A stretch of 64,000 nucleotides of DNA from a bacterium (GCA_963675755.2 CAXXMD010000003.1:1792001-1856000), one strand, 5' to 3'. Counted from the stretch's first letter, positions 1 through 10,885 are shown. Translations and numbers: made by a program. Notes: generated by a model from the sequence alone, not told the origin.

Positions 1-321
1 GAATACACACATCAGGGATCGAAGCGGAATCTGTTGGGAGAAAATCCCGATCCTGTATTGGTTGAAAAGTTTTCAAACAATCAAAGCATTACTCAAGATA
101 CGCCTCCCACGTTTCTGGCACATACCAATGAAGATACGGGTGTCCCCTCTGAAAACAGCGTTTTGTTTTATCTGGGATTAAGAAAGGCCGGTGTACCTGC
201 AGAAATGCATATATTTGAAAAAGGTCGTCATGGATTGGGCTTGGGTCCCAAAGATATGGCCTTTCGTTACTGGCCCATGTTGTGTATTGAATGGTTAAAA
301 ACCCGAGGGATTATTGAATAA
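1..321 (+). CDS. alpha/beta hydrolase (BD-FAE/acetyl xylan esterase-like), 5'-truncated by the window edge
   Basis: Frame is open from base 1 (EYTHQGSKRNLLGENP...). It has TPPTFLAH, the catalytic Asp in 'EDTGVP' and the His in 'GRHGLGL'. Confidence 0.85.
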   Translation, partial: EYTHQGSKRNLLGENPDPVLVEKFSNNQSITQDTPPTFLAHTNEDTGVPSENSVLFYLGLRKAGVPAEMHIFEKGRHGLGLGPKDMAFRYWPMLCIEWLKTRGIIE

Positions 322-352
322 AAAAAGCCGCTGATTTTCAGCGGCTTTTTTT
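321..352. terminator. bidirectional intrinsic terminator
   Basis: aaaaaagccgctg-atttt-cagcggcttttttt lies between convergent genes, with A/T tracts on both sides. Confidence 0.9.
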
Positions 353-354
353 AT

Positions 355-2088
355 TTATTTTGTTCTATCGATTACCAGGTAAATGGTCGCAAGTTGATAT
401 CCTACTGCAACGAGGTCGCGTGTCAGTTCCCACCAATCGATTTCTCCTTTTTCAGGAACAAAGATTGTATCTCCTACTTCAATGGAAACTTTTCTGCCCG
501 GTCTAAGCCATTCACCGGTTTTGGCTTTGATAATATGAACTTTGGATTTTTTGGCGTTATAGTTATATCCGCCGGCTTCAGCGATATAGTATTCCAGCTT
601 TTTACTATTTTCAAAGGGAATCAATCCGGGATTTATAACTTGTCCCGCAACATTCACTGTTAGATCTTTGGTAGGTATAACGATAAGGTCCTGATCACGC
701 AGTAAAATATTTTGCTGTTCATCATTTTGTTCAAAAACCTGGATGAAATCAATACCCATTTGGCCGGTACGTTCACGGGATTTTACTTTGAAATAATCTC
801 TTTCCATCTCGGTCATGTCTGCAACCATCATGTTCTGCAAACGAATAAATTCAGGATCTTGAACGTTTTCCAAAGCCCGGCGTATGATATATGCGTTTTT
901 CAGGGAGGCGCTGGATGTAAAGCCACCCGCAAGTTTAACAACATCTTTTAATCGTCTTACAGTATCATCCAGTGCATATTTGTTGGGGTAAAGAACTTCT
1001 CCCTTGATCTCAACAGTTCGTTTGGAATGATAGTTGGGTATCTGTTGAACAAACAACCGGTCATCCGGTTTTAACATAAAATTCAATGATTCTTTTTTAC
1101 GCTCCGGCGTGTCTAACAACAAGCTGATCTTTTTTGTTGCAGATGCATGGTTGGTAAAACGAACCAGTTCAATTTGCGAAGAGTCTGCATCAATGGTAAA
1201 ACCATGGGCCATATTGAGGATATCTTTAACTCTGTCACCAGGCAGGTATTCATATGTTTCCGGATTTTTAACCGCACCGAATATGGAAACCTGACCTAAA
1301 CCCTCTTTGAGGCTGGATATTGTAACAACATCACCATCAACCAAAACGGGATTCGCATCCAGATCACCAATCAGTGAATATTTCAGGTAATCGGCATTCA
1401 ATACTTCACCGGTACGGCGCTTAACGGTAATGTTACGTTTGGATGCTACAATTTCACGATCTTTTTCCTGTGGATTAGTGAATTCTATTTCTAATTCACT
1501 GGTTTCCGGTTTTTGAGTTTGTTGTGCGTTGGGATTGGTTCTGGCCGTTGGTTTTTTCTGTAGATTCTCCGGAGGGTTTTCCATTTCAAATCCACCAGCC
1601 ATATAAATAGCGTCTGAAACTCTGTCTCCGGCAGTTACTATTACCAAACCCGGACTGTTAACCGCACCACTAACCGTGACTTTGAAAGCCCTGACATCTA
1701 TCAGTGTGATTTCAATATTATCATCAAGGTATTTACTTTTAACAAGGTCTGTTATTTCGGATTTTGCTTTTGCCAGTGTCATTCCTGTTAGATCTACACT
1801 TCCCACAGAGGGAATAGATAAACTACCTTCCGGTGATATTTTTAAATTGTTGAATGTTGATTCTTCACGATTTCCCACAACAATTTGTATAATATCTCCG
1901 GGGCCTACTCTGTACTCGTTTTCATCAACAGGGTACTCGATAGGTGTAGATGGAGTAATGCTTGCACTTTGGGCAGGTTTGGATATATTTTTTAAAGAGC
2001 TTAGACTTTCAATACTGCTAAAATCCTGTGCTGCCACTGTTAATGAGAGAATTAATAGTGACAGAGATACCAGGATGGTTTTATACAT
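355..2088 (-). CDS. polysaccharide biosynthesis/export protein with SLBB domains (Wza/KpsD-like)
   Basis: Signal peptide, Poly_export motif 'EYRVGPGDIIQI', and repeated SLBB motifs (V.GAV..PG...AGG). Confidence 0.9.
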   Translation of the reverse strand: MYKTILVSLSLLILSLTVAAQDFSSIESLSSLKNISKPAQSASITPSTPIEYPVDENEYRVGPGDIIQIVVGNREESTFNNLKISPEGSLSIPSVGSVDLTGMTLAKAKSEITDLVKSKYLDDNIEITLIDVRAFKVTVSGAVNSPGLVIVTAGDRVSDAIYMAGGFEMENPPENLQKKPTARTNPNAQQTQKPETSELEIEFTNPQEKDREIVASKRNITVKRRTGEVLNADYLKYSLIGDLDANPVLVDGDVVTISSLKEGLGQVSIFGAVKNPETYEYLPGDRVKDILNMAHGFTIDADSSQIELVRFTNHASATKKISLLLDTPERKKESLNFMLKPDDRLFVQQIPNYHSKRTVEIKGEVLYPNKYALDDTVRRLKDVVKLAGGFTSSASLKNAYIIRRALENVQDPEFIRLQNMMVADMTEMERDYFKVKSRERTGQMGIDFIQVFEQNDEQQNILLRDQDLIVIPTKDLTVNVAGQVINPGLIPFENSKKLEYYIAEAGGYNYNAKKSKVHIIKAKTGEWLRPGRKVSIEVGDTIFVPEKGEIDWWELTRDLVAVGYQLATIYLVIDRTK

Positions 2089-2124
2089 TTCTCCTCCATA
2101 AAATCTGATATATGTAATTCTAAA

Positions 2125-3222
2125 TTATGATGATAGTGCTTCAAAAACCTCAACAATCCTTTTGGATGCTTCTCCATCCCATAATGGTGGAATAGCGTGT
2201 TGTTTTTGATCACCATTCATAGTTTCCTGATATGCTTTCAATATTGCATCGGGCTGAACACCTATCAGTTTGTTTGTTCCCAGTTCAACCGTTATGGGAC
2301 GTTCAGTGTTTTCCCGTAATGTGATACAGGGGATTCCCAAATAGGTTGTTTCTTCCTGAATACCACCGGAATCTGTCAGTACCAGTCTGGCTTTGCTCAT
2401 CAGTCTTAAAAATGCAAGATAACCGATGGGATCAACCAGTTGGATGTTTTGCATTGTTTCAACTTTATCTAACAAACCAAATTTCTCCAGATTTTTCCGT
2501 GTTCTGGGATGAATTGGGAAAAATATGGGTAAATCTTTTTGTACGGTTTCAAATGTGTCTAGTATCTGTTTCAGAATTTCGGGATTATCAACATTTGAGG
2601 GTCTGTGTAATGTAACGAGAGCGTAACCATTTGGTTCCAGGTTATTTTCTTCAAGCACTGTCAAAGATTCTGACGCTTTAAGGTGTTCAATGAGAGAATC
2701 TATCATTACATTACCAACCATATGGATTTTATCTGAAGGGATTCCCTCTTTTGCCAGATTGTCAATGCCGCTCTGTTCGGTGATAAACAAAAGGTCAGAG
2801 ATTGAATCCGTTAGAATTCGGTTGATCTCTTCCGGCATTTGACGGTCAAAGCTGCGCAGACCTGCTTCCACATGAGCTATGGGGATGTGTAATTTTGATG
2901 CGGCAAGTGAAGCCGCAATGGTAGAGTTTACATCGCCCACGACCAAAACCCAGTCCGGCTTTTGCTCCATAAAGGTCTTTTCAAGCGCAATCATAACAGC
3001 AGCGGTTTGTTCTGCATGAGTTCCGGAACCGACCCCTAGATAAAGGTCGGGTTCCGGCATGCCAAGTTCGGTGAAAAATGTTTTTGACATTTTTTCATCA
3101 TAATGCTGTCCGGTATGTATAAGCAAAGGTTCAATTTTTGAACTTGCCTGCATCCGTCTGTGTATAGGTGCAATTTTCATAAAGTTGGGTCTGGCCCCAA
3201 CAATATTTGCAATTTTTAACAT
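2125..3222 (-). CDS. wecB: UDP-N-acetylglucosamine 2-epimerase (non-hydrolysing)
   Basis: Motifs VGARPNFMK, HTGQHYD, HVEAGLRS and TDSGGIQEE. Confidence 0.95.
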   Translation of the reverse strand: MLKIANIVGARPNFMKIAPIHRRMQASSKIEPLLIHTGQHYDEKMSKTFFTELGMPEPDLYLGVGSGTHAEQTAAVMIALEKTFMEQKPDWVLVVGDVNSTIAASLAASKLHIPIAHVEAGLRSFDRQMPEEINRILTDSISDLLFITEQSGIDNLAKEGIPSDKIHMVGNVMIDSLIEHLKASESLTVLEENNLEPNGYALVTLHRPSNVDNPEILKQILDTFETVQKDLPIFFPIHPRTRKNLEKFGLLDKVETMQNIQLVDPIGYLAFLRLMSKARLVLTDSGGIQEETTYLGIPCITLRENTERPITVELGTNKLIGVQPDAILKAYQETMNGDQKQHAIPPLWDGEASKRIVEVFEALSS

Positions 3223-3231
3223 AATATATCC

Positions 3232-4557
3232 TTAGAATCGGGTACCTGATCCAAGTTTCGTGATCTTTTTATCCACATCATCTACATTTTTGGTAAGATT
3301 TCGTGTATCTACAACTGCTTTAGAGTGTTTTACAATGAATTCAGGATCATAAGCGGTATGATCAGTAGCAATAACCGCCACATCAAATGACTCCAGGCAC
3401 TCTGCGGTCAATTCAGTGGATTTCATTGTGTTACCTTTGAACTGAATTTCAGGAACAAAGGGATCGTTATAAGATATTTCTGTTGCACCGCGTTCATCGA
3501 GGAATTTCAAGATTTTCAATGCCGGGGATTCACGCATATCATCAATGTCTTTTTTAAAGGCTACACCAAGAATGAGAATTTTTGCTTTATTAAAAGGTAC
3601 ACCCACCTGGCCCAAAGCACGACGAATGAGTCCCAATACATAAAAGGGCATGTCTTCATTGGTTTCTGCTGCCAGTTCAATAAAGTTGGTATGGAAATCG
3701 TACTCACGCGCTTTCCAGGATAAATAATAGGGATCGATCAGAATACAGTGGCCGCCAATTCCCGGTCCCGGGAAAAAGGGCATGTAACCAAAGGGTTTTG
3801 TTGCTGCGGCTTCAACCACTTCCCAGATGTCAATTCCACCCATGCGGTCACACAGACGGGCCATTTCGTTAACAAGCGCAATATTTACACTACGGAAAAT
3901 ATTCTCAAGCAGCTTTTCCATTTCAGCAACCTTGGGAGATGAAACCGGAACAACTGTATTGATGATCTGTTCGTTAACCAGACATGCCAGTTCGGTACAT
4001 TTTTTAGTAACACCGCCAACAACAACCGGGGTATTTGCTGTGGTAAACTTTTTATTACCGGGATCAATACGTTCGGGAGAAAAAGCCAGATAATAATCTT
4101 TACCTGCTACCATTCCATTTGCTTCAAGGATGGGTTGCAAAACACCTTCGGTGGTGTCAGGAAAAGTTGTGCTTTTCAGGATAATGATTTGATCTTTACG
4201 GAGTTTGGGAGCAACACCTTTACCCGCGTCAACAATGTATGAAACATCGGGTTCTTTGTTCGCGGTAAAGGGGGTGGGTACACAGATATAGATGATGTCC
4301 ATCTGATCTGCCTGGTCGTACTCGGTGGTAGCGGTAAACAAGCCGGCTTTGAATGCTTTTTCAAATTTGGCATCTTCAACATCATCGATATAGTTTTTGC
4401 CGCAGTTTAAAAGATCTACTTTTTTCTGGCTCTTGTCAATACCAATGACTTTGAATCCCTTGTCTGCAAATTCAACTGCCAGCGGAAGACCAACGTATCC
4501 CAAGCCTACTACACCTACCAATACGTCTTTGTTTTTGATTTTTTGTTCAATGCTCAT
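3232..4557 (-). CDS. nucleotide-sugar (UDP-GlcNAc/UDP-glucose) 6-dehydrogenase, WbpA/WecC-like
   Basis: Motifs GLGYVGLPLA, ICVPTP, FSPERIDPGN and GGHCI. Confidence 0.92.
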   Translation of the reverse strand: MSIEQKIKNKDVLVGVVGLGYVGLPLAVEFADKGFKVIGIDKSQKKVDLLNCGKNYIDDVEDAKFEKAFKAGLFTATTEYDQADQMDIIYICVPTPFTANKEPDVSYIVDAGKGVAPKLRKDQIIILKSTTFPDTTEGVLQPILEANGMVAGKDYYLAFSPERIDPGNKKFTTANTPVVVGGVTKKCTELACLVNEQIINTVVPVSSPKVAEMEKLLENIFRSVNIALVNEMARLCDRMGGIDIWEVVEAAATKPFGYMPFFPGPGIGGHCILIDPYYLSWKAREYDFHTNFIELAAETNEDMPFYVLGLIRRALGQVGVPFNKAKILILGVAFKKDIDDMRESPALKILKFLDERGATEISYNDPFVPEIQFKGNTMKSTELTAECLESFDVAVIATDHTAYDPEFIVKHSKAVVDTRNLTKNVDDVDKKITKLGSGTRF

Positions 4558-4590
4558 ATATACTCCTTTTTACCAAAAGGCTGAAAATTG

Positions 4591-5595
4591 TTAATCCATT
4601 TTATAATGATTTTTATAATAGTCCAGATATTCACCGGATTTGATTTTTTTCCACCACCAGTCGTTCTCTACATACCAATTGATTGTTTTTGTGAGCGCTT
4701 CCTGCAATGTATGTGAAGGTTCCCAACCCAGTGCTTTGATTTTACTCATATCTACAGCATAGCGCCTGTCATGACCGGGTCTGTCTTTGACATAGGTAAT
4801 TAAATCATTGGGTTTGTTAAGAGCTTCAAGAATAAAGTGAGTGATTTCCAGATTGTTTCTTTCGTTTCCACCACCAATATTGTAGACCTGACCGTTTTCA
4901 CCATTTTGAATCAGAAAATCGATTGCATCACAATGGTCCATTACATAAATCCAGTCTCTAACGTATTTTCCGTCACCGTACACCGGCAAGGGTTTGTCTT
5001 CAATAGCGTTAGTAACAAACAGTGAGATCAGCTTTTCGGGATACTGATACAAACCATAATTATTTGAACAACGGGATATGGTTACAGGAACATCATACGT
5101 TACAAAATATGAGAATGCCAGACGATCAGCGCCCGCTTTGGATGCAGAATAGGGGCTTGAAGGTTCCAGCACATCAGTTTCTTTGAATGCGCCGTCAAGA
5201 ATGCTGCCATACACTTCATCTGTACTGATCTGTATGAATTTTTGAATATTGCTGTTGCGTGCGGCTTCGAGCAGTACAAATGCACCATAAACATCGGTTT
5301 TGATAAAGTCATCTGGACTGCCGATAGACCTGTCTACATGGCTTTCCGCTGCAAAATTTACAACAATATCACACTCTGCTACCAGAGGATTTACGATATT
5401 GGCATCGCAAATATCTCCTTTGACAAAGGTATAGTTTGTCCTGTTTTCTATATCTAAAAGATTATCAGGATTTCCCGCATAAGTTAATTTGTCCAGGTTG
5501 GTTACGTGAATAGAGTCCCCGTATTTTTCAAAAAGGTAGTGAATAAAATTACTGCCGATAAAACCTGAACCACCGGTTACCAGGTATTTTGTCAT
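4591..5595 (-). CDS. rfbB: dTDP-glucose 4,6-dehydratase
   Basis: Motifs VTGGSGFIGS, AAESHVDRSI, STDEVYG, YSASKA and DRPGHDRRY. Start placed at ATG 5595 (MTKYLV). Confidence 0.95.
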   Translation of the reverse strand: MTKYLVTGGSGFIGSNFIHYLFEKYGDSIHVTNLDKLTYAGNPDNLLDIENRTNYTFVKGDICDANIVNPLVAECDIVVNFAAESHVDRSIGSPDDFIKTDVYGAFVLLEAARNSNIQKFIQISTDEVYGSILDGAFKETDVLEPSSPYSASKAGADRLAFSYFVTYDVPVTISRCSNNYGLYQYPEKLISLFVTNAIEDKPLPVYGDGKYVRDWIYVMDHCDAIDFLIQNGENGQVYNIGGGNERNNLEITHFILEALNKPNDLITYVKDRPGHDRRYAVDMSKIKALGWEPSHTLQEALTKTINWYVENDWWWKKIKSGEYLDYYKNHYKMD

Positions 5596-5842
5596 ATTCT
5601 CCCTGCTGCTGTACAATTATAAATACATAAACCTCAATAATTACAAGAGATAAATGTACAAACCGGAACAATAAAAGTCAATTTGTTTATAAAGAGATTT
5701 TATATTAACCGGATTTGGATACTATTAAGTATGCCTGTAAAAAAACGATCAAAAACCTTTATTTATTTCATGTTATTTTAGAATTGCTTTGAAATCCTAA
5801 AAAATTTTTATAATTTGTGTGATATAATTTTTTGGAGTATGA

Positions 5843-7591
5843 ATGCGATCCGATTTGAATATAAAAATTGCCATGTGCCAGTACAATTTTATTGTAGGAG
5901 ACTTGACTGGCAACAAAGATAAGATATTATCCGGTATTTCACAGGCCGTTGAACAACATTGTGATGTTGTGGTTTTTCCAGAATTAAGTATTACGGGATA
6001 TCCCCCGGAAGATCTGTTGTTAAGAAATCAGTTTATTGTTGACCAGTTGAGCATATTAGATGAAATAACCTTAAAAGTTGATGATATCGTCTGTATTGTA
6101 GGATTTGTAGACAGGGTAGAAAAAGATCTTTATAATGCGGCTGCGGTGATTCACAAGGGCCGGATACAGCAGGTGTATCACAAGATCCAGTTGCCCAATT
6201 ACAGTGTGTTTGATGAAGAACGATACTTTGAAGCAGGAAATGAACCTCTTGTGGTTTCTATAAACGGAGTCAAGCTGGGAATTGGAATTTGTGAGGATAT
6301 TTGGATCAAAGAATGTGTAACCGAAAGTCAGGCTTTTTGTGGTGATGCAGAGATTCTGATCAATATCTCAGCGTCTCCTTATTATATGGCCAAGTTTAAT
6401 GAACGATTAGAGATGGTTCAAAGCCGGGCAAAGCGTACCCGTGCCTTTGTGATTTATAATAACCTGGTTGGCGGGCAAGATGAACTGGTCTTTGACGGTC
6501 ACAGCTTGATTGTAGATGAAACGGGTAAACTTGCGGGCCATGGTCATGCTTTTGAAGAAGACATGCTGGTGTTTGATGTGGATGTGGACCGTATCCGTAA
6601 ACACCGTGAGAATGATGAGACCTTTGAACAGGACGCCCAGGAGTTTACCTGCCCTTTTGAATATTTGAGATATGTGGAACTGCAAACTCGTTTTGTACAT
6701 GACGAGTTGAAAATTACCGCACCGGGACGTCCCCGATTATCTGATGAAGATGAGGTCTACCAGGCATTAATACTGGGGCTCAAAGATTATGTGCACAAGA
6801 ACGGATTTAAAGAAGTGGTGTTTGGCCTTTCCGGTGGAATTGATTCTGCGCTGGTAGCGGCTATTGCAGCCGATGCATTGGGACCCGAGCATGTACACTG
6901 TGTAACCATGCCCACGCGCTTTTCATCTCGCGGCAGTGTGGATGACTCTGTACGTCTGGCAGATAATTTTGGTATTACATTAAACGAGTTGGCAATTGAA
7001 GATGTATTCAACAGTTATTTGGGACTTTTAGAACCCTTGTTTAAAGACCAACCTTTTAATGTGGCAGAAGAGAATTTGCAGGCCCGTATTCGCGGTGCTA
7101 TTGTAATGGCGCTTTCCAACAAGTTTGGTTGGATTGCCCTGGCAACTGGTAACAAGAGTGAAGTGAGTGTAGGGTATAGCACCATTTATGGTGACATGGT
7201 GGGTGGATTTTCTCCGCTCAAAGATGTTTACAAGATGTGGGTATATAAACTTTCACGGCGACGTAACGAAATTGCCGGTTACGATATCATCCCGCAATCC
7301 ATCATAGATAAAGCGCCGTCAGCGGAATTGCGCCCCGATCAAAAGGATGAAGACAGTCTGCCGCCTTATGATATTCTGGACGCAATTCTGGAGTATTATG
7401 TGGAAGATGATCTCAGTGTAAATGATATTGAAGCCAAGGGCTATGAACGTCAGACTATCAAAGATGTGATTCGCCTGGTGGATATTAATGAATATAAACG
7501 CCGACAGGCTGCGCCCGGTGTGAAAATAACTCCGCGTGCTTTTGGCAAAGACCGCCGTATGCCCATTACCAACAAGTACAGGATGGGATGA
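5843..7591 (+). CDS. nadE: glutamine-dependent NAD+ synthetase
   Basis: N-terminal nitrilase domain (FPEL..TGYPPED, ICEDIW) plus synthetase domain (GLSGGIDS, ENLQARIR, PSAELRPDQKD). Confidence 0.96.
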   Translation: MRSDLNIKIAMCQYNFIVGDLTGNKDKILSGISQAVEQHCDVVVFPELSITGYPPEDLLLRNQFIVDQLSILDEITLKVDDIVCIVGFVDRVEKDLYNAAAVIHKGRIQQVYHKIQLPNYSVFDEERYFEAGNEPLVVSINGVKLGIGICEDIWIKECVTESQAFCGDAEILINISASPYYMAKFNERLEMVQSRAKRTRAFVIYNNLVGGQDELVFDGHSLIVDETGKLAGHGHAFEEDMLVFDVDVDRIRKHRENDETFEQDAQEFTCPFEYLRYVELQTRFVHDELKITAPGRPRLSDEDEVYQALILGLKDYVHKNGFKEVVFGLSGGIDSALVAAIAADALGPEHVHCVTMPTRFSSRGSVDDSVRLADNFGITLNELAIEDVFNSYLGLLEPLFKDQPFNVAEENLQARIRGAIVMALSNKFGWIALATGNKSEVSVGYSTIYGDMVGGFSPLKDVYKMWVYKLSRRRNEIAGYDIIPQSIIDKAPSAELRPDQKDEDSLPPYDILDAILEYYVEDDLSVNDIEAKGYERQTIKDVIRLVDINEYKRRQAAPGVKITPRAFGKDRRMPITNKYRMG

Positions 7592-7595
7592 TTGT

Positions 7596-8327
7596 TTATA
7601 GCGTCAGCCCCGCAAGATAATTACCATCCGGCTCTTCTTCAAGAATCTTGATTTGCCACCCGGCTTTTATGGCGTACGTTTTCAATGTGTCATAATCCAC
7701 AAGCAGCCAGTTGAACCAGGGTCCGGTAAGGTCTTTGTATTTCAACCGGATCCGTGAGATGCCTTCAAAACGATGCGCTTTACGGTTTCTTTGTTGATAT
7801 CGGATGTGTTTGATAAAATCGGTTTGTTTAAAATTGATGCCGTTGATCAGCATTTGTCCGTTTTTATTTAATAGCGATTGACAATGGTATAAAAAGTTCT
7901 CAAGCTCTTCAAGATTACCTACAATTCCTATACCGCGGCCTAGGAGCATCAGGGTATCATATTTACCTGTCAAGTCCCAAATGTCCAAACAATCCGCATG
8001 TTTAACGCCCAGTTCCTTCATTGCATCTACGTTTTCGGGACAAATATCTATAGCATGTACATCCCGGCCATATTCTTGTAATACCAGGGAATGCGGTCCT
8101 GTACCGGCGCCTATATCCAGAATTTTTCCTTCGCATTGCTCCAGTGCTGCTTTTTCATGAGGTGCCATTTCAGCAAAAGAACGAAAAAAGCTACGCACAG
8201 GCATATCATCACAATAGCCGTCATCACGTTCGGTAACAAGCAGTTCATGCATATTGCCTTGCATATAATCGGAAACTGCCATACCCATAGGTGACATGGC
8301 AGTAACAATACTGTCAGTTTCAATCAT
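7596..8327 (-). CDS. class I SAM-dependent methyltransferase
   Basis: Motif I ILDIGAGTG. Start set at MIETDS to avoid overlap with the tfoX gene. Confidence 0.85.
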   Translation of the reverse strand: MIETDSIVTAMSPMGMAVSDYMQGNMHELLVTERDDGYCDDMPVRSFFRSFAEMAPHEKAALEQCEGKILDIGAGTGPHSLVLQEYGRDVHAIDICPENVDAMKELGVKHADCLDIWDLTGKYDTLMLLGRGIGIVGNLEELENFLYHCQSLLNKNGQMLINGINFKQTDFIKHIRYQQRNRKAHRFEGISRIRLKYKDLTGPWFNWLLVDYDTLKTYAIKAGWQIKILEEEPDGNYLAGLTL

Positions 8328-8356
8328 AATAATTGGTCCCGGTTTTTTAGAGGTGT

Positions 8357-8686
8357 TTATTTTGGAGGCAGCGAGATACAGTAATTGTAACCGTTTTTTA
8401 ACCATGCTTTTAAAAACGAATCATCCCCCCAGGCCTCAGGGGCTACCATGACCCAACCTTTCATGGGTCGGCCTGTTATGTCAAATACCCGGCAATGGTC
8501 CAGTTGAAGCGCCTGTTCCGCCATTTCAACGGAAAGACGCAAAATTAATGAATCTTTATAGATACCGCAGCACATATTCCCTTTGACCATGTATCCCACG
8601 CCGCCAAACATTTTCTTTTCATCAAATTCGGTCATTTCCGCTAATAACGGGCGAATACGTTCTGCCAGTTCCTGGTTGTAAGCCAT
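8357..8686 (-). CDS. TfoX/Sxy N-terminal domain protein
   Basis: Motifs EKKMFGGVGYMVKGNMC and GRPMKGWVMV. Confidence 0.88.
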   Translation of the reverse strand: MAYNQELAERIRPLLAEMTEFDEKKMFGGVGYMVKGNMCCGIYKDSLILRLSVEMAEQALQLDHCRVFDITGRPMKGWVMVAPEAWGDDSFLKAWLKNGYNYCISLPPK

Positions 8687-8717
8687 GCCGGAGAGTCCTG
8701 CTGTTTTTTGTCGTCTG

Positions 8718-10190
8718 TTATTTAATATATAACAGTTTGATAGTCCGGTTAAATTCCGGTGTTTTCAGACGACAAAAATAAGTGCCAGAGCTGAGCCCGT
8801 CCGCATCCCAGACGGCATGGTACTCACCTGCGGATTGTTCATTATTAACCAAAGTCTGAACAAGCTTGCCGCGTACATCATAGATATTCAAAGTTACATG
8901 TGAACGTTCAGGAACTGTATAAGGAATAACTGTTCGGCTGTTAAAGGGATTGGGATAATTGGCCTTTAACGCATATGTTCCAGGCAATGTTGAGCCACCT
9001 GTTGCAGTAACGGATATGCCGGGATGTTTTTCCGTGTTGCCCGCAGCATCTATACTTTCAAGCAGATAGGTATAGGTTTGTCCGTTTATGAGCTGTGATG
9101 GATCAATGTACTCGTAATTGTGTTCAAATGCACTTGTACCATAGCCCGGTATAATAAAATTGTTGATTTTTTGCTGCGTGTTATCTGTATCAGCGCGATA
9201 AATGTTCCAGCCTACATTTAATTGCTCACTGGCGGTAGACCAGTATAATGTTACACCTTGAGCGCCCGTTTCAGCATAAAACGAAGACAATTCAACCGGT
9301 ACCGTGCTGTTGAACAGGTCCCAGGCAGTATCAATAAAATTGGTTTCATTGCTGGCAAACTGCATGGTACTGTATGCGTTTGCCGTGCTGTTGGGGTGAG
9401 AATCTCCGTCGTTGCCGCCATACTCTTCTCTCAACCTGTTGGGGTGATCGGCATGGTCTTCGGGATAGGCAAGAATGTTGAACCAGTCAAAAACCGCTAC
9501 ATTATTTAAACCGGGATTCGCAGTGTTGTAACTGTCCAGCCAATCTGTTTTGAGCCAGTTGTTAAAGTCTCTTGCCCGCTGTGCCTGAGCATCGTCAGTG
9601 GCATCTGTAGGTCCATAGTTTCGGGGAGGAGCTGTTACTGCTATGAACAATGTATTGGGATTGGCAGCAAAAATATCTTCGAGTGGGTAATATGTTTTTT
9701 CATTATGGGTATAGGTGTTGCCAGCCCCGTCAGGGTGACGGTAAACAGCCTTGTAATTGACCACGTTACGGATTGCGCTGAACGGATCACCGGGTTCTGT
9801 ACCATCCGAATAGATATTGCTTATGGGGTAACAGCTTTTAAACAGGATGATTTTGTTCTCTCCATCCGAGCAGTCCCAGGTTTTTACGCTTTCCAGATAG
9901 TCATTGAACCAGAGAATCCAGTGGTTCATGTCAGTTTTATCTCCCGGAGTTGGGGCCAGGGATGCCAAACGGTCTGTATCTGGACTCAAAACCGATCCGT
10001 AAGTAATGTCATTGCGTTCGTCAATGTAATCTTTGGCAAGTAGCGCGGTATTTAAACTGTTCGAGAGCCAGTTGGCCCCGCAAGAGTGATGGATAAAAAT
10101 CAGGTCGTCTGTGGTTTGTGCAAACAGATTGTTGCCAGTGCAGAGTAATAGTATGATTATCAGAAGGATTAATGCGTTTAAATGTTTCAT
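8718..10190 (-). CDS. secreted protein: SGNH-hydrolase-like N-terminal domain, PVEL-linker Ig domain and T9SS/FlgD-type C-terminal domain
   Basis: Signal peptide, FIHHSCG and GDSHPN motifs, 'PVELSSF', and a C-terminal 'NYPNPFN...SSGTYF...KLLYIK'. Confidence 0.75.
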   Translation of the reverse strand: MKHLNALILLIIILLLCTGNNLFAQTTDDLIFIHHSCGANWLSNSLNTALLAKDYIDERNDITYGSVLSPDTDRLASLAPTPGDKTDMNHWILWFNDYLESVKTWDCSDGENKIILFKSCYPISNIYSDGTEPGDPFSAIRNVVNYKAVYRHPDGAGNTYTHNEKTYYPLEDIFAANPNTLFIAVTAPPRNYGPTDATDDAQAQRARDFNNWLKTDWLDSYNTANPGLNNVAVFDWFNILAYPEDHADHPNRLREEYGGNDGDSHPNSTANAYSTMQFASNETNFIDTAWDLFNSTVPVELSSFYAETGAQGVTLYWSTASEQLNVGWNIYRADTDNTQQKINNFIIPGYGTSAFEHNYEYIDPSQLINGQTYTYLLESIDAAGNTEKHPGISVTATGGSTLPGTYALKANYPNPFNSRTVIPYTVPERSHVTLNIYDVRGKLVQTLVNNEQSAGEYHAVWDADGLSSGTYFCRLKTPEFNRTIKLLYIK

Positions 10191-10277
10191 AATTTTCCCC
10201 AGAGTTTGTTCTACATATGTTATACAACACTCAGTACTATTATATACACAATAGAACCCCCAAATGCAGAATGATAA

Positions 10278-10885
10278 TTAAATGTCGTGTTTTTCCAGAA
10301 TTTTTTGCAGATCTTCTGCAACCATTTTGCGTTTGCTTTTTTCTATTATAAAGTTTTTACCTGTCATCACATACGAGGGGAATACTTGAGCTTCTTTATA
10401 GTAAAAAGAATTATGGCGTATTTTGTATGTTGATCCGGGTTGAATAACCCGTTTTCCGGATTTACTTTTACATATCCGGTTAAACATTTTGATTGCAACA
10501 TCTCCGCCTAAAAAGTAATTTTGGGAAACAGGTCCATTTCCTGTTGCAAAAGTTCTGAACAGTTTTTAATTGTATCTGCGGATACACCATACCCGGTCTT
10601 GGCACATTTGATAGCCGTGGTGATATAAAAGCCTTTATCTGTTATCTCTTGCAAGCTTGTGGCTTTAAATCCGGCATCTGCAAAAGCCTGTAAAGTGGTT
10701 TGAAGGAAAAAAGGATTTCCGGAGGCATACAGATGCTCGTTCAAATTTTCCGGTGGCGCTTCGGTAATCATGAATGTGTGGATAGATTCCGGGTTTATGG
10801 GGGTGTTTGGGATTAAATGCGAGCTGGTTTGAACGTCTTGACAGGGGAAGCCGAAACAATGAATACATTTATCGATTTGTATCAT
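10278..10885 (-). pseudogene. uracil-DNA glycosylase superfamily gene split by a frameshift
   Basis: ORF 10508..10885 (ITEAPP, TTAIKC) stops at ...FPKITF*. The -1 frame across the 5-T run continues LGGDVAIKMFN...FPSY...EKSKRKM into ORF 10278..10487. Confidence 0.7.
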
